NCBI GenBank assembly: GCA_036172245.1
Contig: JAYWIR010000006.1
Location: 930,001 to 994,000 of the forward strand
From: Raillietiella orientalis
Lineage: Eukaryota
Reading direction: 5' to 3'
Length of the DNA stretch: 64,000 nt
Shown piece after piece: positions 1 through 11,932 of this stretch (positions are counted from its first letter, which is position 1; each line of letters starts with the position of its first letter). The notes beneath the pieces are model-generated. The model saw only the letters and a program-made list of their open reading frames with translations. It did no database searches and was not told the DNA's origin. Position numbers and translations under genes: made by a program.

Positions 1-319
1 TTGGCTTGGATAAAGGCCAAAGTCTATTGCATCTGATTGTGACCGGGAACAGATGCCAAGGAAAATTTGGGGGCACCATAAAGAGGGGTCCAGAAGCCGT
101 GGAAGGCCAAATGCGGAGTGCAAGAGCTGAAGGTAAGGGAGGTGAACCTCGCATGAGGTGAGCTCCTCCTCTTACCGAACTTCTTTCCCAGCAACCATTC
201 CGGAGCCTCGAAGGGATACCCTTTGAAGGGTATATCATGGTTACGAATCCAGCAAAAGTCAGCACAGGACGGTTGCCAGTGAACGATCGGATGGCCCACG
301 TCCCCCACTTTCTGTTCCG

Positions 320-1119
320 GCCCGCGTCGGAGGTCAAGTGGCTGAGGTCTCCTGTGGCGCGTGGCGCGTAAGCGTCGCGGGCTCGAAAGGAGGAGAATGC
401 TGGGAAGGAATCGACTCCGAGAGATGGAGGTGCGTCGTGGGTTCGAGTTCCTCCTGCAAGATGACGCTTGTTGGCCTACATTCGGGTGCGGCACCGGTAG
501 CAATTCGAACCGGATGCCCCTGATGAGTGGTTCAGATTGGCAGTCGACCTCCAGGATCTTTCCAGAAAACAGAATCAAGGAGTCCTTTCGGGTTTCCTTT
601 CGGTTGTGCAAAGGAGCAGACCCTCCTCTTAGGAGGGAGGAAACCTCCGTCTCGTACCGTAGAGCTAGTCGGTTGATGATGCCTCTCTCCAGAGTGCAAC
701 GAAGCGCGCCCCTTTCTTCGGGGAGCACCCTTCTGAGACATTTCGGAAAAGTCCCTTTGGGGTTTTCTTCAGAGGAGCAAACAAGGAACGGTTCCCTTGC
801 AGGGTCTCTCAGGAGAAGAAAAAATGGAGCGAGCGAATAAGGAAGAGAGAGAATAAGGAAGGAGATTCCCTTCGGGGTTCCCTTCGGAGACAACCAGGGT
901 GGAGGTGTTCCCTTCGGGGATCCCTCCCCAGGCGTGAGAGGAACGGATCTTCTTCTCCGGAGCCCTTGCTGGATCCACAGGGTGGCCCCTGCTCCGAGGT
1001 ACCCCTTCTTTATCTTGAAAAATTAGCAAGCATTCTCTGTTGGCGTGGAACAGCGTGAGAGAGCTGCGTGAGCCGCTAGGCACGACGGCTCTTGAGGCGC
1101 TCAGAGAACCAGAAAAAAA
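320..1119 (+). mobile_element. tRNA-derived SINE-like element, copy A (near full length)
   Basis: Head GCCCGCGTCGGAGGTCAAGTGGCTGAGG (A-box-like), B-box-like GGGTTCGAGTTCC at ~438, shared body (GGAGATTCCCTTCGGGGTTCCCTTCGGAGACAACCAGGG) and a 3' end GGCTCTT...GAGAACC-(A)n. Homologous to seven other loci in the window. Confidence 0.75.
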
Positions 1120-1399
1120 GTTGTAAGAAAAAAAGCGAAGATTTCTCGTTCTTGAGTGTCCAGTATGTTCCTGACACTGCAGAAAATCAGCCAAATGCAG
1201 ATGGTTGCCCCCCCCCCCCCTCCCTTTTTTTTTCATATCCCTTCAGTGGCTGTGCATGACTTCTGGAGTTGCTCACACAAACTACGAGCGATGTGCACAA
1301 GAAACGAAATGTGATTTGGGGTCTCGATCTGGGTAGCTGCACAGCGACTTGACTAGTCCCTGTACCGAATCTTCGAACTGCCCAACATCAGAACCTTTT

Positions 1400-3680
1400 C
1401 AATCACGTATCTTCTCGGAGAATGGTTTCGGAGGAATGGCGCGCGATTGAATTAATGTCAAAGTTCGAGCTTGAGCTGCTCTGCCAACACTTTGCTTGTA
1501 ATCTGATTTTTCGAAACGAACAGGGACCACTGACGCGACCAGACTGTAAGGAGTAACCAGCAGCTCTTTGCAGTGGTGTGTTACTGGGGTGCACCGAGAA
1601 CGCCTCCGGCAGTCATTTCACGTTTTCGAAGGATGCGGAAAAGCCACAAGTGGCTCCGTCGCTTGCGCTAGGCTTCCTTCATGACCCCTAAAAGAACGGC
1701 TTTTCCACAAAGGCATGGTCCAATTCCAATCTTTGGAATTGGGTCGTGCTTTCGTGGAGCAGTTGAGGTCAGTCGCGGAGTGAACCCGCAAGGATGCTTC
1801 ACCCAGAATTAGTGATAGCATAGATTGACCACAGAATCCTTGAGGATACCCCAAGGCACGAGAGAGCGTCCAAGTTATGGATCATGAGGTTAGCCCATGA
1901 TCTGTCAAGCATCCGTAATCAAGAAACTTGAGAGCAGCTTGTGAAATTTGTGTGTGTGTGTGTGTGTGTCCTGTCTATCTGGGAGCTATCCAAGTCACAT
2001 GGTGCCCTGAAGAAATATGGATCACTCGAGTAGCATGAAGGTGGGGAATCTTGAAGATAAAACTTTCCTCGAAAGTCTGCAGAGACGTGTGACAGTGTCC
2101 TGCAAGATCCTGCGGGGCTCCGGACAGAAAGCTCCTGGCATTGAAATGACAGCGGTGAAAGAAGTTCTGTCACCGTGATCGCTGAAGGATTCCCAGAGTT
2201 CGGAGCAAGGCGGTAGCGGCCAGCTCGCAAGAGCGTCTTCCCAAGGGAGGAGTCCGTCCAGAGCAGGAGGCGAGCGAACGGAACACAACCGCTTACGTCC
2301 GCATCCAGGAAATTTTTCTGCGAATCTCGTGGAGGAGAAGCAAGGACAAGAATGATGCAGCAGATGCGAAGGAAGGTGAAGATAAGGGTAACTGCCCTTT
2401 GCCTCTTGGAGGCGAAGGGATCCAGATGGCAGTAAGACTTGATCCAATCAGAGTTTAGTATGCGACTTCACCAGAACTTGTGATACTCTCTGTAGTCGTC
2501 CTTAACGAAAGTAGCATCTATTCTCCGTGGCTACAAAGGTTGCAGATTCCTCCTAGTTTGCGTTGAGAACCGGATCCGTTGTCTTCCGTAATATTCGCAA
2601 GCAAGCTGATGAGCAAGCTCAAACTGTTCTAAGGGATGCTCGGATGAACAAAGAAGCTGTGCTTAACGAACGGAGAATCTTCAAGTGATTAGCAGAGGAA
2701 CCAAAAAGTACTGATCTTTCATCGAGAATCCTCTGCAATATCTAAAAATCGAATGTCTTTCACATCCAGGAATGAGCTTTCCACTACTTCCATAACGAAA
2801 CGATGCGTCTTCTATGGCAGTGTCCCGCTCACAGTCTCCATCCAACAGTTTACATGAGACTGTCTCCTACTTCTCCAGTTGCACGGTTAAGGAGCAGCTC
2901 TTTACAAAAGGATATTGGAATAATGTGGTAAGGAGTGTATGTTAGCTTGAAAGTGCTTTCGCCAGAGATGTACAGATGGATGGAAGAGTTGAAGAGTAAT
3001 AGAGCGTACGCGGTTGACGGAAGTCATCCAGCAGAACGACCGTTTTGATGAGTCCTCTATTGCCGAACAGTTAGATAGCTGCGGATGCAAGTGCAAGTTG
3101 GATCGTGTATGGCATGCCTGAAGATCTCGAAGTTCTTGCAAGGTAGATCTCCAGATGACCACAGACGGAAAGTCTCCGAGATTTGAAATTTTTTGCAGAA
3201 ATACCACACTAGGAAGAGCAGTCCCGAGATGTCGCACAGCAACGGGAGAGCAAAAGCTGCTCTTCACTGCGGAACCGAAAGCAGGAATCGAAAAATTTCT
3301 TGTAAATGCTTCCCCAGCACCCGAAGGATTCAGGAACAAGCCTTATTCCGGCGGTCATGTTGATCCATTGTTCTGGAAGCAGAACCGCCACGTCCCCGAA
3401 CATTAAGGACATCAGGAAAGCTATCAGTAGTGCACGATGTTGGGGGAGAAATTCAGTCCATTACTGATTGGGATCAAGCTCTCAGTGCTCGACCCCAATT
3501 CAGTCGATGCAGCTGCTAAAACCATTTACAGCCTCTTCCTTGTCCAACATTTTGCTCGGACCACGCCTCCCCTGCCACGTCTCTGTCTGAAAAAGCATCA
3601 CGCGGCTGCAACTCTTAGCAATGGCAAAGTCGAAGCTGCAACACCCAAATCGTTGAACAGTCAAAAGCCCTTCCCTGAGG
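1400..3680 (-). pseudogene. Heavily decayed leucine-rich-repeat protein gene remnant
   Basis: Broken minus-strand frames give LRR-like pieces: SSFLDVKDIRFLDIAE, LQELRDLQ, LSNCSAIEDSSKRSF, QRLELDHAFVEKPFF, ELQPRDAFSD. Many stops and frameshifts; boundaries approximate. Confidence 0.3.
1949..1968. repeat. (TG)n microsatellite
   Basis: Direct reading of the sequence. Confidence 0.95.
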
Positions 3681-3681
3681 T

Positions 3682-3972
3682 CAGCGTTCCCCAAACTTTT
3701 CCTATGACGGAAGGCTTCAGGAATCCTGAAATTTTAACGGAATACCTTGCTTATTTTATAGGGTAGGTAGGTAGGTATTAATAATAAATGGATTAAGCAA
3801 GTAAATATAAGAGTTAAGAAAGCAAAACGAACATTCATTCTCAAATTTTTATTATGAACAAAACACATGAGAAGAGTAAGATAAAGTTAATAGCTTTCAA
3901 AATATATTAATTTCCAGGATTTTTCACGGAACACTTACTGCCTTTCCGCGGGACGCAGTTTGGGAAACGTCG
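3682..3972. mobile_element. hAT-superfamily MITE (~290 bp)
   Basis: Left TIR CAGCGTTCCCCAAACT, right end AGTTTGGGAAACGTCG. The 8-bp flanks CCTGAGGT and CCTTCGGT match at 6/8, as expected for a decayed hAT TSD. AT-rich non-coding interior. Confidence 0.7.
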
Positions 3973-5709
3973 CCTTCGGTGATGAAGTTTGCTGGACCAC
4001 GCGAAAAGCGTGTAAAGAGGTTTGGAAAATAAAGCGAGATTTTTTTTTTTCTTACCCCTCCCTTGGTAAAAGGGGGAGCCGTGTATTCCGGCATAAACTG
4101 TAAGGATGCGGAAGCACGTGGAAAGATCCAAGACGAGTGGCGGTTGGCTCTGTTTGAAGCGAGCCTCCAGGTAAAGTGGACATTAGGGAAAAATCACTCC
4201 CCTCTAAGAAACGCTGGCAGAAATCATGAGTTAGGCAGGACCTGGCAGCAACAACAAGCGAATTATTCCGTCAGTTCCTCAACAGCAACGCCGTTGCCTC
4301 GAAAGCCCGGGGAAGGGAGGGGGGAAGCGGTTCGCTGTGAGAAAACATCCAATATCTGTTTTCATCTTATTATTGTTTTGGGGGGGATCTCGAGGAATTA
4401 TCCAGGGCATCTCTGTTAGCTAAAAAGCAGGGATGTTTCAAGCTTTTCATTTCACTCAACTTTATTTCACACCTTCGCGTCCTCCGAGATTGGTGAGCTA
4501 ACATTGCATCTTCCGTATGATTCCTAAGAGATGAAGAATGGTTTCTCCACGCGTTTTCCTCTTGGGCACCTGTAGAATTCGTAAACGGGACGAAGGATGC
4601 GGCACAGAATACAAGATGTATGATGCTGCGAACTGCTCCACACCAACAACATGAGGTCACTGATTTAGCTTCGTCTTCTCTCATTATTTCCTTCCAGAAT
4701 TTTCCTCCCCCTCTTCCCCCCTTCCCTTCCTTCTCTTTCCTTTTTTCTTTCAAGTGATCTCCAGTGTTTGAAGCATGGCGGTGAAAGCAGTCGAGCCCCT
4801 TTCTTTCTAAATGTCCTTTCCAGGTTCTCTTGGGCTTATGAGTGTTTTCTGCATCCTTAGTCCATTCGATTTCATAGCCAAAGGAGAGATATTTCCTCTC
4901 GTGAGCGAGTTCCTTCAGGGAACTTGAGCTTCAGAAAAGTGAATTTGACTGGCGAATCGAGACGGAAGAGGACACGAACTCGAGATAACTTTCGGAAGCA
5001 GGCGCGGGCGATGGGCCCGACGGCGCACGGGAACGCCAGCAGCTGATCTCCGATTCGCAGGAAATGGAACTGGCGGAGCAGCAAGCCGGAAGCTTCCCCG
5101 CATCCACCTGCTAGACGAAAGAAGGAAGTTTCGAGGCAGGGATGCAGCACGGGATGCGAGCGCAGCGTGTGAGCCACACGAGCCCAGAAGAACCCGCACG
5201 ACGAGCACTGGTAGTGCTAAGACAAACCCTGGAAAAGTCCCATACAAGTGAGGTCTTCTGCAGATCAGTTAGCACACGGACTGTGTGTCTCGTGTGTTTT
5301 AAAACAACAATAATTCTGGTAACGACTGTGTAAGGAAAACGGTCATCATTGGGAACTGCTCCCAGAATGGGGGAGCAATTTCGTGCTATGAGTAGAAAAG
5401 AAAACAGGACAACGCAGAGGGCAGTTCACGGACAAGTTCGCAAATGCACTGGGCACTTGACCACCCCGCGCCGATCTCCGAGTCTTTCCTGACTAGGGCT
5501 TCGGAAACCAGCTTCACACCCTTCATTTTCCGGTGGATTCGACTCCTCCCGGAATGGGACTTTGTGCTGGAAGAAGAAAGAACCGAGTCCAGCTCTTTCT
5601 GGATGATCCGATCGCTCTGCGGAGGGTCTTGGGCACCACGTTTACGAGGGCTGCCGGATGGTGTCGCGGGAGCTCTCGCATCCGGCGAGCCTTCGTTGAC
5701 GTGATCTGT

Positions 5710-6104
5710 TCAAGATAGGGGGTACCTCAGAGAAGGGACTCCCCTATGGATCCAGGAAGGGCTCCGGAGGAGGGGACCCGTTCCTCTCACGCCTGGGGAG
5801 GGATCCCCGAAGGGAATCTCCTTCCTTATTCTCTCCGGAGGGACTTTCGGAGGAGTCCACTCTATTTTTTCTTCTCCCGAGGGACCTTGCAGGGGAACCT
5901 TGCGGGACCATCTCCTCTGAAGAGAATCTCGAAGGGACGCTTCCGCTCTCCTGGAAAGGCCCTGAAGGTCGACTCCCAATCCTAACCTCTCACCAGGGGC
6001 ATCTCGTTAGAACCGCTACCGGTGCCGCGCCCGAATACAGGTCAACCAGATTCATCTTGCAGGAGGAACTCGAACCTACGACTCACCTCCATTTCTCGGC
6101 GTCG
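5710..6104 (-). mobile_element. SINE-like element, copy B (truncated at both ends)
   Basis: The reverse complement aligns to copy A from ~410 to ~1005, including GTAGGTTCGAGTTCCTCCTGCAAGATGA. Abuts a 28S fragment at 6103. Confidence 0.75.
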
Positions 6105-6247
6105 AAAGATGGTGAACTATGCCTGGCCAGGACGAAGCCAGAGGAAACTCTGTTGGGGGTCCGCAGCGATCCTAACGTGCAAATTGGTCGAAAGATAGGG
6201 GCGAAAGACGAATCGAACCATCTAGTTGCTGGCTCCCTTCCTGAGGA
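6103..6247 (+). pseudogene. 28S rRNA-derived fragment (degenerate)
   Basis: CGAAAGATGGTGAACTATGCCTGGCCAGGACGAAGCCAGAGGAAACTCTG...AACGTGCAAATTGGTCG...ATAGGGGCGAAAGACGAATCGAACCATCTAGTTGCTGG matches the conserved eukaryotic LSU core just 3' of expansion segment D3. Confidence 0.9.
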
Positions 6248-6289
6248 CCTTGGAGATTCCTCAAGGATACTGTGAAAACCGCCCGCACT

Positions 6290-6629
6290 GCGCGACGTAT
6301 TCCTCCGGGGAATCGGGGTCGACCGAACAACGCCTGGAGTCTGTTCTCACGGGACCCTCCGCATCAGATCTCCAGGATCTTACTGAAGCGTTTTGTCGCC
6401 AATACCACCAAGATCTGCGCCGACGGCGCCTCCGGGCATGCCTAAACCCTTCCGCACCCACCATCGCGACCCTCCATCTCGTGGAACCTGCCGTCCTGGA
6501 AGGGCAGGAACGGCTCAGTCCAGGCGGTGGGGTGTCGATCGATGATCGAGCGTCACCCATCTTCAGCTACGGTTTCTTCGGCTGGTGAATCACTGCCCAC
6601 ACTACTTAGCAGCCTTCCATGGCCACTGT
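6290..6629 (-). pseudogene. 28S rRNA-derived fragment (degenerate), 3' part
   Basis: The minus strand reads GTGGCCATGGAAG..GCTAAGTAGTGTG..TCACCAGCCGAA..CTGAAGATGGGTGACGCT and GCGCAGATCTTGGTGGTA, colinear with LSU rRNA motifs. Confidence 0.75.
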
Positions 6630-7578
6630 GGAGACGGGACTCCTTCAGTGAAGCTGCATTCCGAGTGCTGCCCTTTTTCAGAGGCACTTGTGGTCCCTCC
6701 CCGATGCCTGGACGCTTCCCGCCCTCCTGGAAGCAGGCTGCGTTGCTCTTCCTGCACTGGAGTGCAACGGGCGCCGTCACCCTCGTTGACGGCACAGGTT
6801 GCGTCCCTGAACTGCGACAGGTGCGAGTAGGTGGAGTCGACCTCCGACGCACCTGCTTTTCGACTGCGGCACCCTCCTCCGGGAACCGTGGCGGAGCGCT
6901 CCTGCACCAGGAGGACACTGCTCGCCACCTGCTGCAGCTCTTCGCCCTGACAAGGACTCTCGACGGGCGCGCCGATCGCAACCGTCGCAGCGCCATTGTT
7001 ACGGCCCGTCATGTGCTGGAGGCGACGACGACGTGGCCAAGGGAGGTCACCGGGATGGCAGCCACCTCCAGCAGCCGCCCTGGAGGAGATCGTCGGCGTC
7101 CAGCGCCGGATGGAATGGCGGACACCGGTGAACCTCCTCCCCAGCCTTCCTTAACGTTTTTTCCCACCTCATCCCCCTCTCCCTTTCGCTTCGTTCCCTT
7201 CCCCTTTTTGGATGCATTGATCTTGGTGTGTACATTGCATACAACTCCACGGATCCTCTCTCCTTCTTTGGAACCGTCAGGCCGTTGGAACCCAGAAGAG
7301 CGGCGATTCAGCCATGCTGTGCTTTCTGGAATCAGGCACAGCCAGCGAGTCAGCTCTCCCGGAGACCTCTGGAAGCGAACCAGGACTACCCGGATGTTCT
7401 CATTTTTCCTTCTTCTGCTGTCTCTCTTTCCCTCTCCCGTTCCGGACTTTCTGATGTCTCGACCTGCGTGTCGACGGACCCTTTCCAGGAACTTCTTTTG
7501 TCTTCGGTAGGGAACCAGCGTGTTTCCAACTGCTTTCTGTTTATGAAATAAACGTTCCCGGACGTGACAGGGCGAAAA

Positions 7579-8140
7579 CTTCTACGGCTATCGTCCTGCT
7601 GTGCATAGCAGGGCAGGACAGCTTGCAACCCCCCGTACAGGACAGCTGACGAGCTCCAGCTCTCCTGAGGAAAACTTCGGAGTCAAACAGCAGCTACTAG
7701 TTGGTTCGATTCGTCTTTCTCCCTACGCTCAGAACCCCACGACCAATTTGCACGTTTGGATCGCGGCGAACCTTCACCAGAGCTTCGTCCTGGCCAGGCA
7801 CGGGTCCGCCATCTTTGGGATCCCAGTGTTAGCGCCGCAGGGTGCTCTCCGACGGGCAGCCGAGCGTTTACAGAACGTCTTGGGAGTGAGGAGTGACCCA
7901 CGCACGCCCGCGGGGACAGCGAGCGGCCCCGAGAGGCCGCCCGCAGCTTGGAGCGCGATCAGGTGCCTGCGCGAAGTGGGAAGAGACACGGGAGAATGGG
8001 AAGACGAGCAAGGAGGAAGACCGTAGCGGGAGGGGAACGAAAGGGAGGCGACATTGACACCGCTCGCTTTCACTTCGCCTTCGGGGTTTCGCGAACTTCC
8101 CGACGACTCGCTCGTGCGCGCCTTCTGGACTCATCGCTCT
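7579..8140 (-). pseudogene. 28S rRNA-derived fragment (degenerate), 5' part
   Basis: The minus strand reads AAACCCCGAAGGCGAAGTGAAAGCG (D3 start), GGGATCCCAAAGATGGCGGACCCGTGCCTGGCCAGGACGAAG, AACGTGCAAATTGGTCG, GAAAGACGAATCGAACCAACTAGTAGCTG, CCGAAGTTTTCCTCAGGAGAGCTGGAGCTC and ACAGCAGGACG. Confidence 0.8.
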
Positions 8141-9294
8141 CCGCTTAACCTGAGGGGTGCCGCATGACCGGAAGCGAGTTAGCCGCCTTGTTGTAAATCT
8201 TAAGGTCATCAATGCGGGTGCCATCAAGGAAATGGGATGAAAGGGGGAAACACGACGCAGGGTCAAATTCCGTCGCCCGACGTTTCAGGTTTCCTCGTGT
8301 TCGCCTCAGCAGACGCCAGACTCTGCGGCCCTTCCTCCCCCCTCCCTCGGCCGAAAAGGCCGAAGCCCTCGACCCGATCTGCGCGCTCTCGAAGATCGAC
8401 GCAGAGGTCTGCCCTAAGCGAAGGCGCGGAGACAACTCTGGAAACCACCATCTCACTGATGCGAGGGGTTCCATGAGAACAGCCTCCGGATGTGATTCAG
8501 ATCCCAAGTCCCCGGAGAAAAGCAGCAGCCAGATTCTCCCGGTTTCGGAAGCCTCCGTGACGAAGCACGTGGATCGAGAGCGGGCTGGAATTCTTCCGCC
8601 GAGCACTGCGAGCCGGGCGTCCTGTAAACCCACGTCTGCGCGAGCAGGCGGTGCTCCCACGAGTGCATTCCCCGTGCTGATTACGTCGGCTGGATCGCGG
8701 CAGACAAAATCATGAACCGTCTAAACAGCGTTCTGCGTGAGATACATCTGACGTGATGGTCGTCATCTACTGAGGAATTTCCGCCTCGTTCCCAGCAGGA
8801 CCTCCGATCTAGTGAAATTCCGTGGGGACGGGAATTTCATTGGATCTTCATCACAGTAGCCCAGCAGATCCTTGAGGGGGTTCAGCAGCCGAAGGCTTCT
8901 CTGGTGTATTGAATCGCCGATTCTTCGAGAGGGAATGTGCAACTCCACAGCTCTTTCGGAAGTCGGCTGTGACCCCATCGGCACTGAAATGAGAGGAGGG
9001 GAAGGAAAGTTGCCCTCGTAACCGTGGCAACAGGGTTTGTAACTGCCGCCCGAATTCTCCTTTTTTTGCCCACCCTTTTAAGATCCTGAGACACATGATG
9101 ACCACTGAGCCGAGCAATGATCATTCAATTCTCCATTACTTGAAAATTAGTCGCTGCACATGTTCTGGTCCGCAGCTCTTGGGGCACGGCTGGTGTTACA
9201 AACCAGTGCCCCTCTTCAACTGTACTGCAAAATTAGGGACAATGGGTGCTAATTCTTCAGGGAAGTGTCTCCCATTTTAAGAGGTTGAGAAGCT

Positions 9295-10012
9295 CCCGCC
9301 TTGGAGGCCGTGTGGCTGCGGTCTCCTGGCTCCTAGAGTTGCGAGTTCGAATCGCTCCCGGGGAAGGATCGACGCCGAGAAACGGGGAGTGCGTCGCCGT
9401 GGGTTTCGAGTCTCCCCCTCAGAGTGACTCTGGTCGGCCTATAGGCTTCGGATGCGGCCGCCGGCGGAATCCGGAAACTCCCGGACAGCCCCGTTAACTG
9501 ACCGGGATTGAAGTTGACCCTCTAGGGTCCTTCTAGGAATCATAGAGCCGCTTCTCTTCGGGATTCTTCTCCGGTTGTGAACGTGGAGTCATGCCATGGA
9601 GCTGGTTGATACCACCCCTCAGGGAGTTGCTTCTCCAGAGTGTCAGGGGCATGCTGTTCCCTATAAGGTTCTCCTCAGAGGAGCAAACAAGGAGTGGTTC
9701 CCTTCCGGATTTCCTCCGGAGAAGAAACGAGAGGAGCAGCCTCCTCCATGAGGTCCCTCTGGTGTGAATAGGGAAGTGGTTCCTTTCAGGTTCCCCATCG
9801 GAGACAACCAGGGAGAGCGTTCCTTCGGGATTCTCCCCCAAGCATGAGAGAGGAACGGACTCCTTCTTCTGGAACCCTTCTTGGATTCATAGGGAGGTCC
9901 CTATAAATTGAAGAGTTGACACGCACCCTAAGGTGGCGTGGGCAGTGTCAAAGAGCTTCGGCATTCCCTAAGCGAACGGCTCTTGAGTGCTGCGCGAACC
10001 GAAAAAAAAAAA
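9295..10012 (+). mobile_element. SINE-like element, copy C (full length)
   Basis: Head CCCGCCTTGGAGGCCGTGTGGCTGCGG; B-boxes GAGTTCGAATCGC and GGTTTCGAGTCTCC; 3' CACGCACCCTAAGGTGGCGTG..AAGAGC..GGCTCTT..GCGAACC followed by poly(A). Confidence 0.8.
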
Positions 10013-10994
10013 GGAAAACAGGAATGAAAAAAAAAAAAACAATCGGAAGAAAAGCAGGGAAAACAGGAAACCCCCAAAAGAATGTCCATCATTTTGCGAA
10101 GGTCGCGTACAGATTTCTTTTGCATTCCCTGACTGGGTGGATTCCGGTATTCCAGTGCCCTGCGATCCTCGTTCCTGACCAGCAATTTCGCAACGTGGAA
10201 AGAATTAAAGTGACCGCCGAAGTTGCTAGTTCGTTGCGGTAGTGCGATGTCGACCGGACTGCCTGGATGAATTCGGGGATGAAACGCGGGACGTCCTTTG
10301 AAGGAAAAGCATCCTCAAGTCAGGAAACAGGAAGTCGAGTGGCCAAAGGACAAGGAGATTCCTCTCGTAAAAGTGGCATCGACCACCACCGAGTGCTCCC
10401 GGAAGGTCGAGCTCTTTAGCAGATGACCAAGAAGCAGAAGTCGAAACTTCCTGGGAGGGGGGAGGGGAGAGAATCCATCCCTTTTCTTGTATTGCAGCCG
10501 AATTCCAGTTGTGCCTCGCCTCTTCCCCATGACGCTCGCCATGACGGTATCCCATGAGGACTTCATCGTTGATGCGCTGGTATTGGGGCAGTTGAGCTGC
10601 ATTCCGGAGGATCGAAAAGCCAAGCACAAGCGTTGCCGCAGGCCGCGGGATGTCTAGTTACAAAGCGGACGCCTGCCGCGGGTGAAGACCACTGGAAGCG
10701 AAAAGCAGGCTGCCGTTCCTCCCGTTTTCCCTGGCCGCTCCTATCTCCTCGGAAACGCAACGTCAGTCCTACAAAATGAACGGGGTACGTGCAAAGAAAG
10801 GGATGATGAATGATAAACAAGTGGCTTCCATAGATTTATTACCACAAATACACCATAGATCTCAACTGTTGAACGGTGTTCTGGCTGTTGGCAAGCTTCC
10901 TGACCAAACATCAATCTCCATCTTTAGAATAACGTGGGAACCAAGGTAACTGGAAAACACGATATATTGAGACGTCCATCTTTGAGTTCTGGAA

Positions 10995-10997
<3 letters not shown>

Positions 10998-11027
<30 letters not shown>
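10998..11027. repeat. (CT)n microsatellite
   Basis: Direct reading of the sequence. Confidence 0.95.
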
Positions 11028-11030
<3 letters not shown>

Positions 11031-11139
11031 AATCTTCTGGATCAAGGCTCAGAGATCAAAACTCGATGCTTCAGCGATCACTTTCTCCTGAGAACACGCC
11101 TCTCGAGCGGAAAAGAGACCGCAGCTCCTCGAAGCTCCG

Positions 11140-11707
11140 GGAGCGGCGCCGGTCAGCAGCAGGATGCCCCCGTTCACTGGCCGTGATGGGAAGTCGACGC
11201 TCCGGAGTCCTTCCAGGAGCCACTTCCCTTCGCTTCGGAGTCCCCGCTCCGATTGGGAGAATGGGGCCGTACCATGAAGCAGGTTGATGACCCCATACCT
11301 CGGGGAGTCGACTCTCCAGAGTGTCAGAAGCGCGATGCTCCTCCTGTCGAGGAATACCCTCCGGAGAAATTGGGAAACGTCTCTTCCGGGTTCTCTTCAG
11401 AGGAGGAAACGTTCGCTTGCGGGTTTCTCTCCGGAGAAAGAACGAAAAATGGACCCGTCCGGGGGACCCATCCGGAGGGAATAGGGAAGAAATACCCCTC
11501 TGTAGTTCCCTCCCAAGCGTGAGAGAAACAGACTCCTTTCTCCAAAGCCCTTCCTGGATTTATAGGGTGCCCACCTCCCTATCTGGAAGAGTTAGAACGC
11601 ACCCTCGGGTGGCGTGGGCAGTGTTAAAAAGCTCTGTGAGTCCCCCCTCCCCCATTCTACCCAAAGAGGCGAGCGGTTCTTCAAAACTCCTGGAGAACCA
11701 AAAAAAG
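11140..11707 (+). mobile_element. SINE-like element, copy D (5'-truncated)
   Basis: Body and 3' end ACGCACCCTCGGGTGGCGTG...GGTTCTT...GAGAACC-A7 are shared with the other copies. Confidence 0.75.
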
Positions 11708-11932
11708 AGAGAGAGAGACTGAAGTTGCTCTCGTGTAGGTGAGAACAGACAGTGAAATTTGCGACGGTCAGCAACTTGGTCTGGCCTTCATAGGCGGGAT
11801 GCTGCTGCAGTTCACTCCACTGCATCCGCATAATTCGGAATCGTGTTCCAGCAAGACGCCTCTCGTGGCACTCGCTGGATGATCCTTCGGGGTCGTTTCG
11901 CGCCAGAGCCGACTGCACGAAAAATGCGGCGA

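Noticed and set aside
510..560. CTGATGAG in SINE copy A suggesting a hammerhead ribozyme or retrozyme
   Set aside because: No stem II-GAAA core follows, and the motif is not conserved in the other copies.
6103..8140. Functional rRNA gene
   Set aside because: Fragmentary, internally deleted and mutated in invariant positions.
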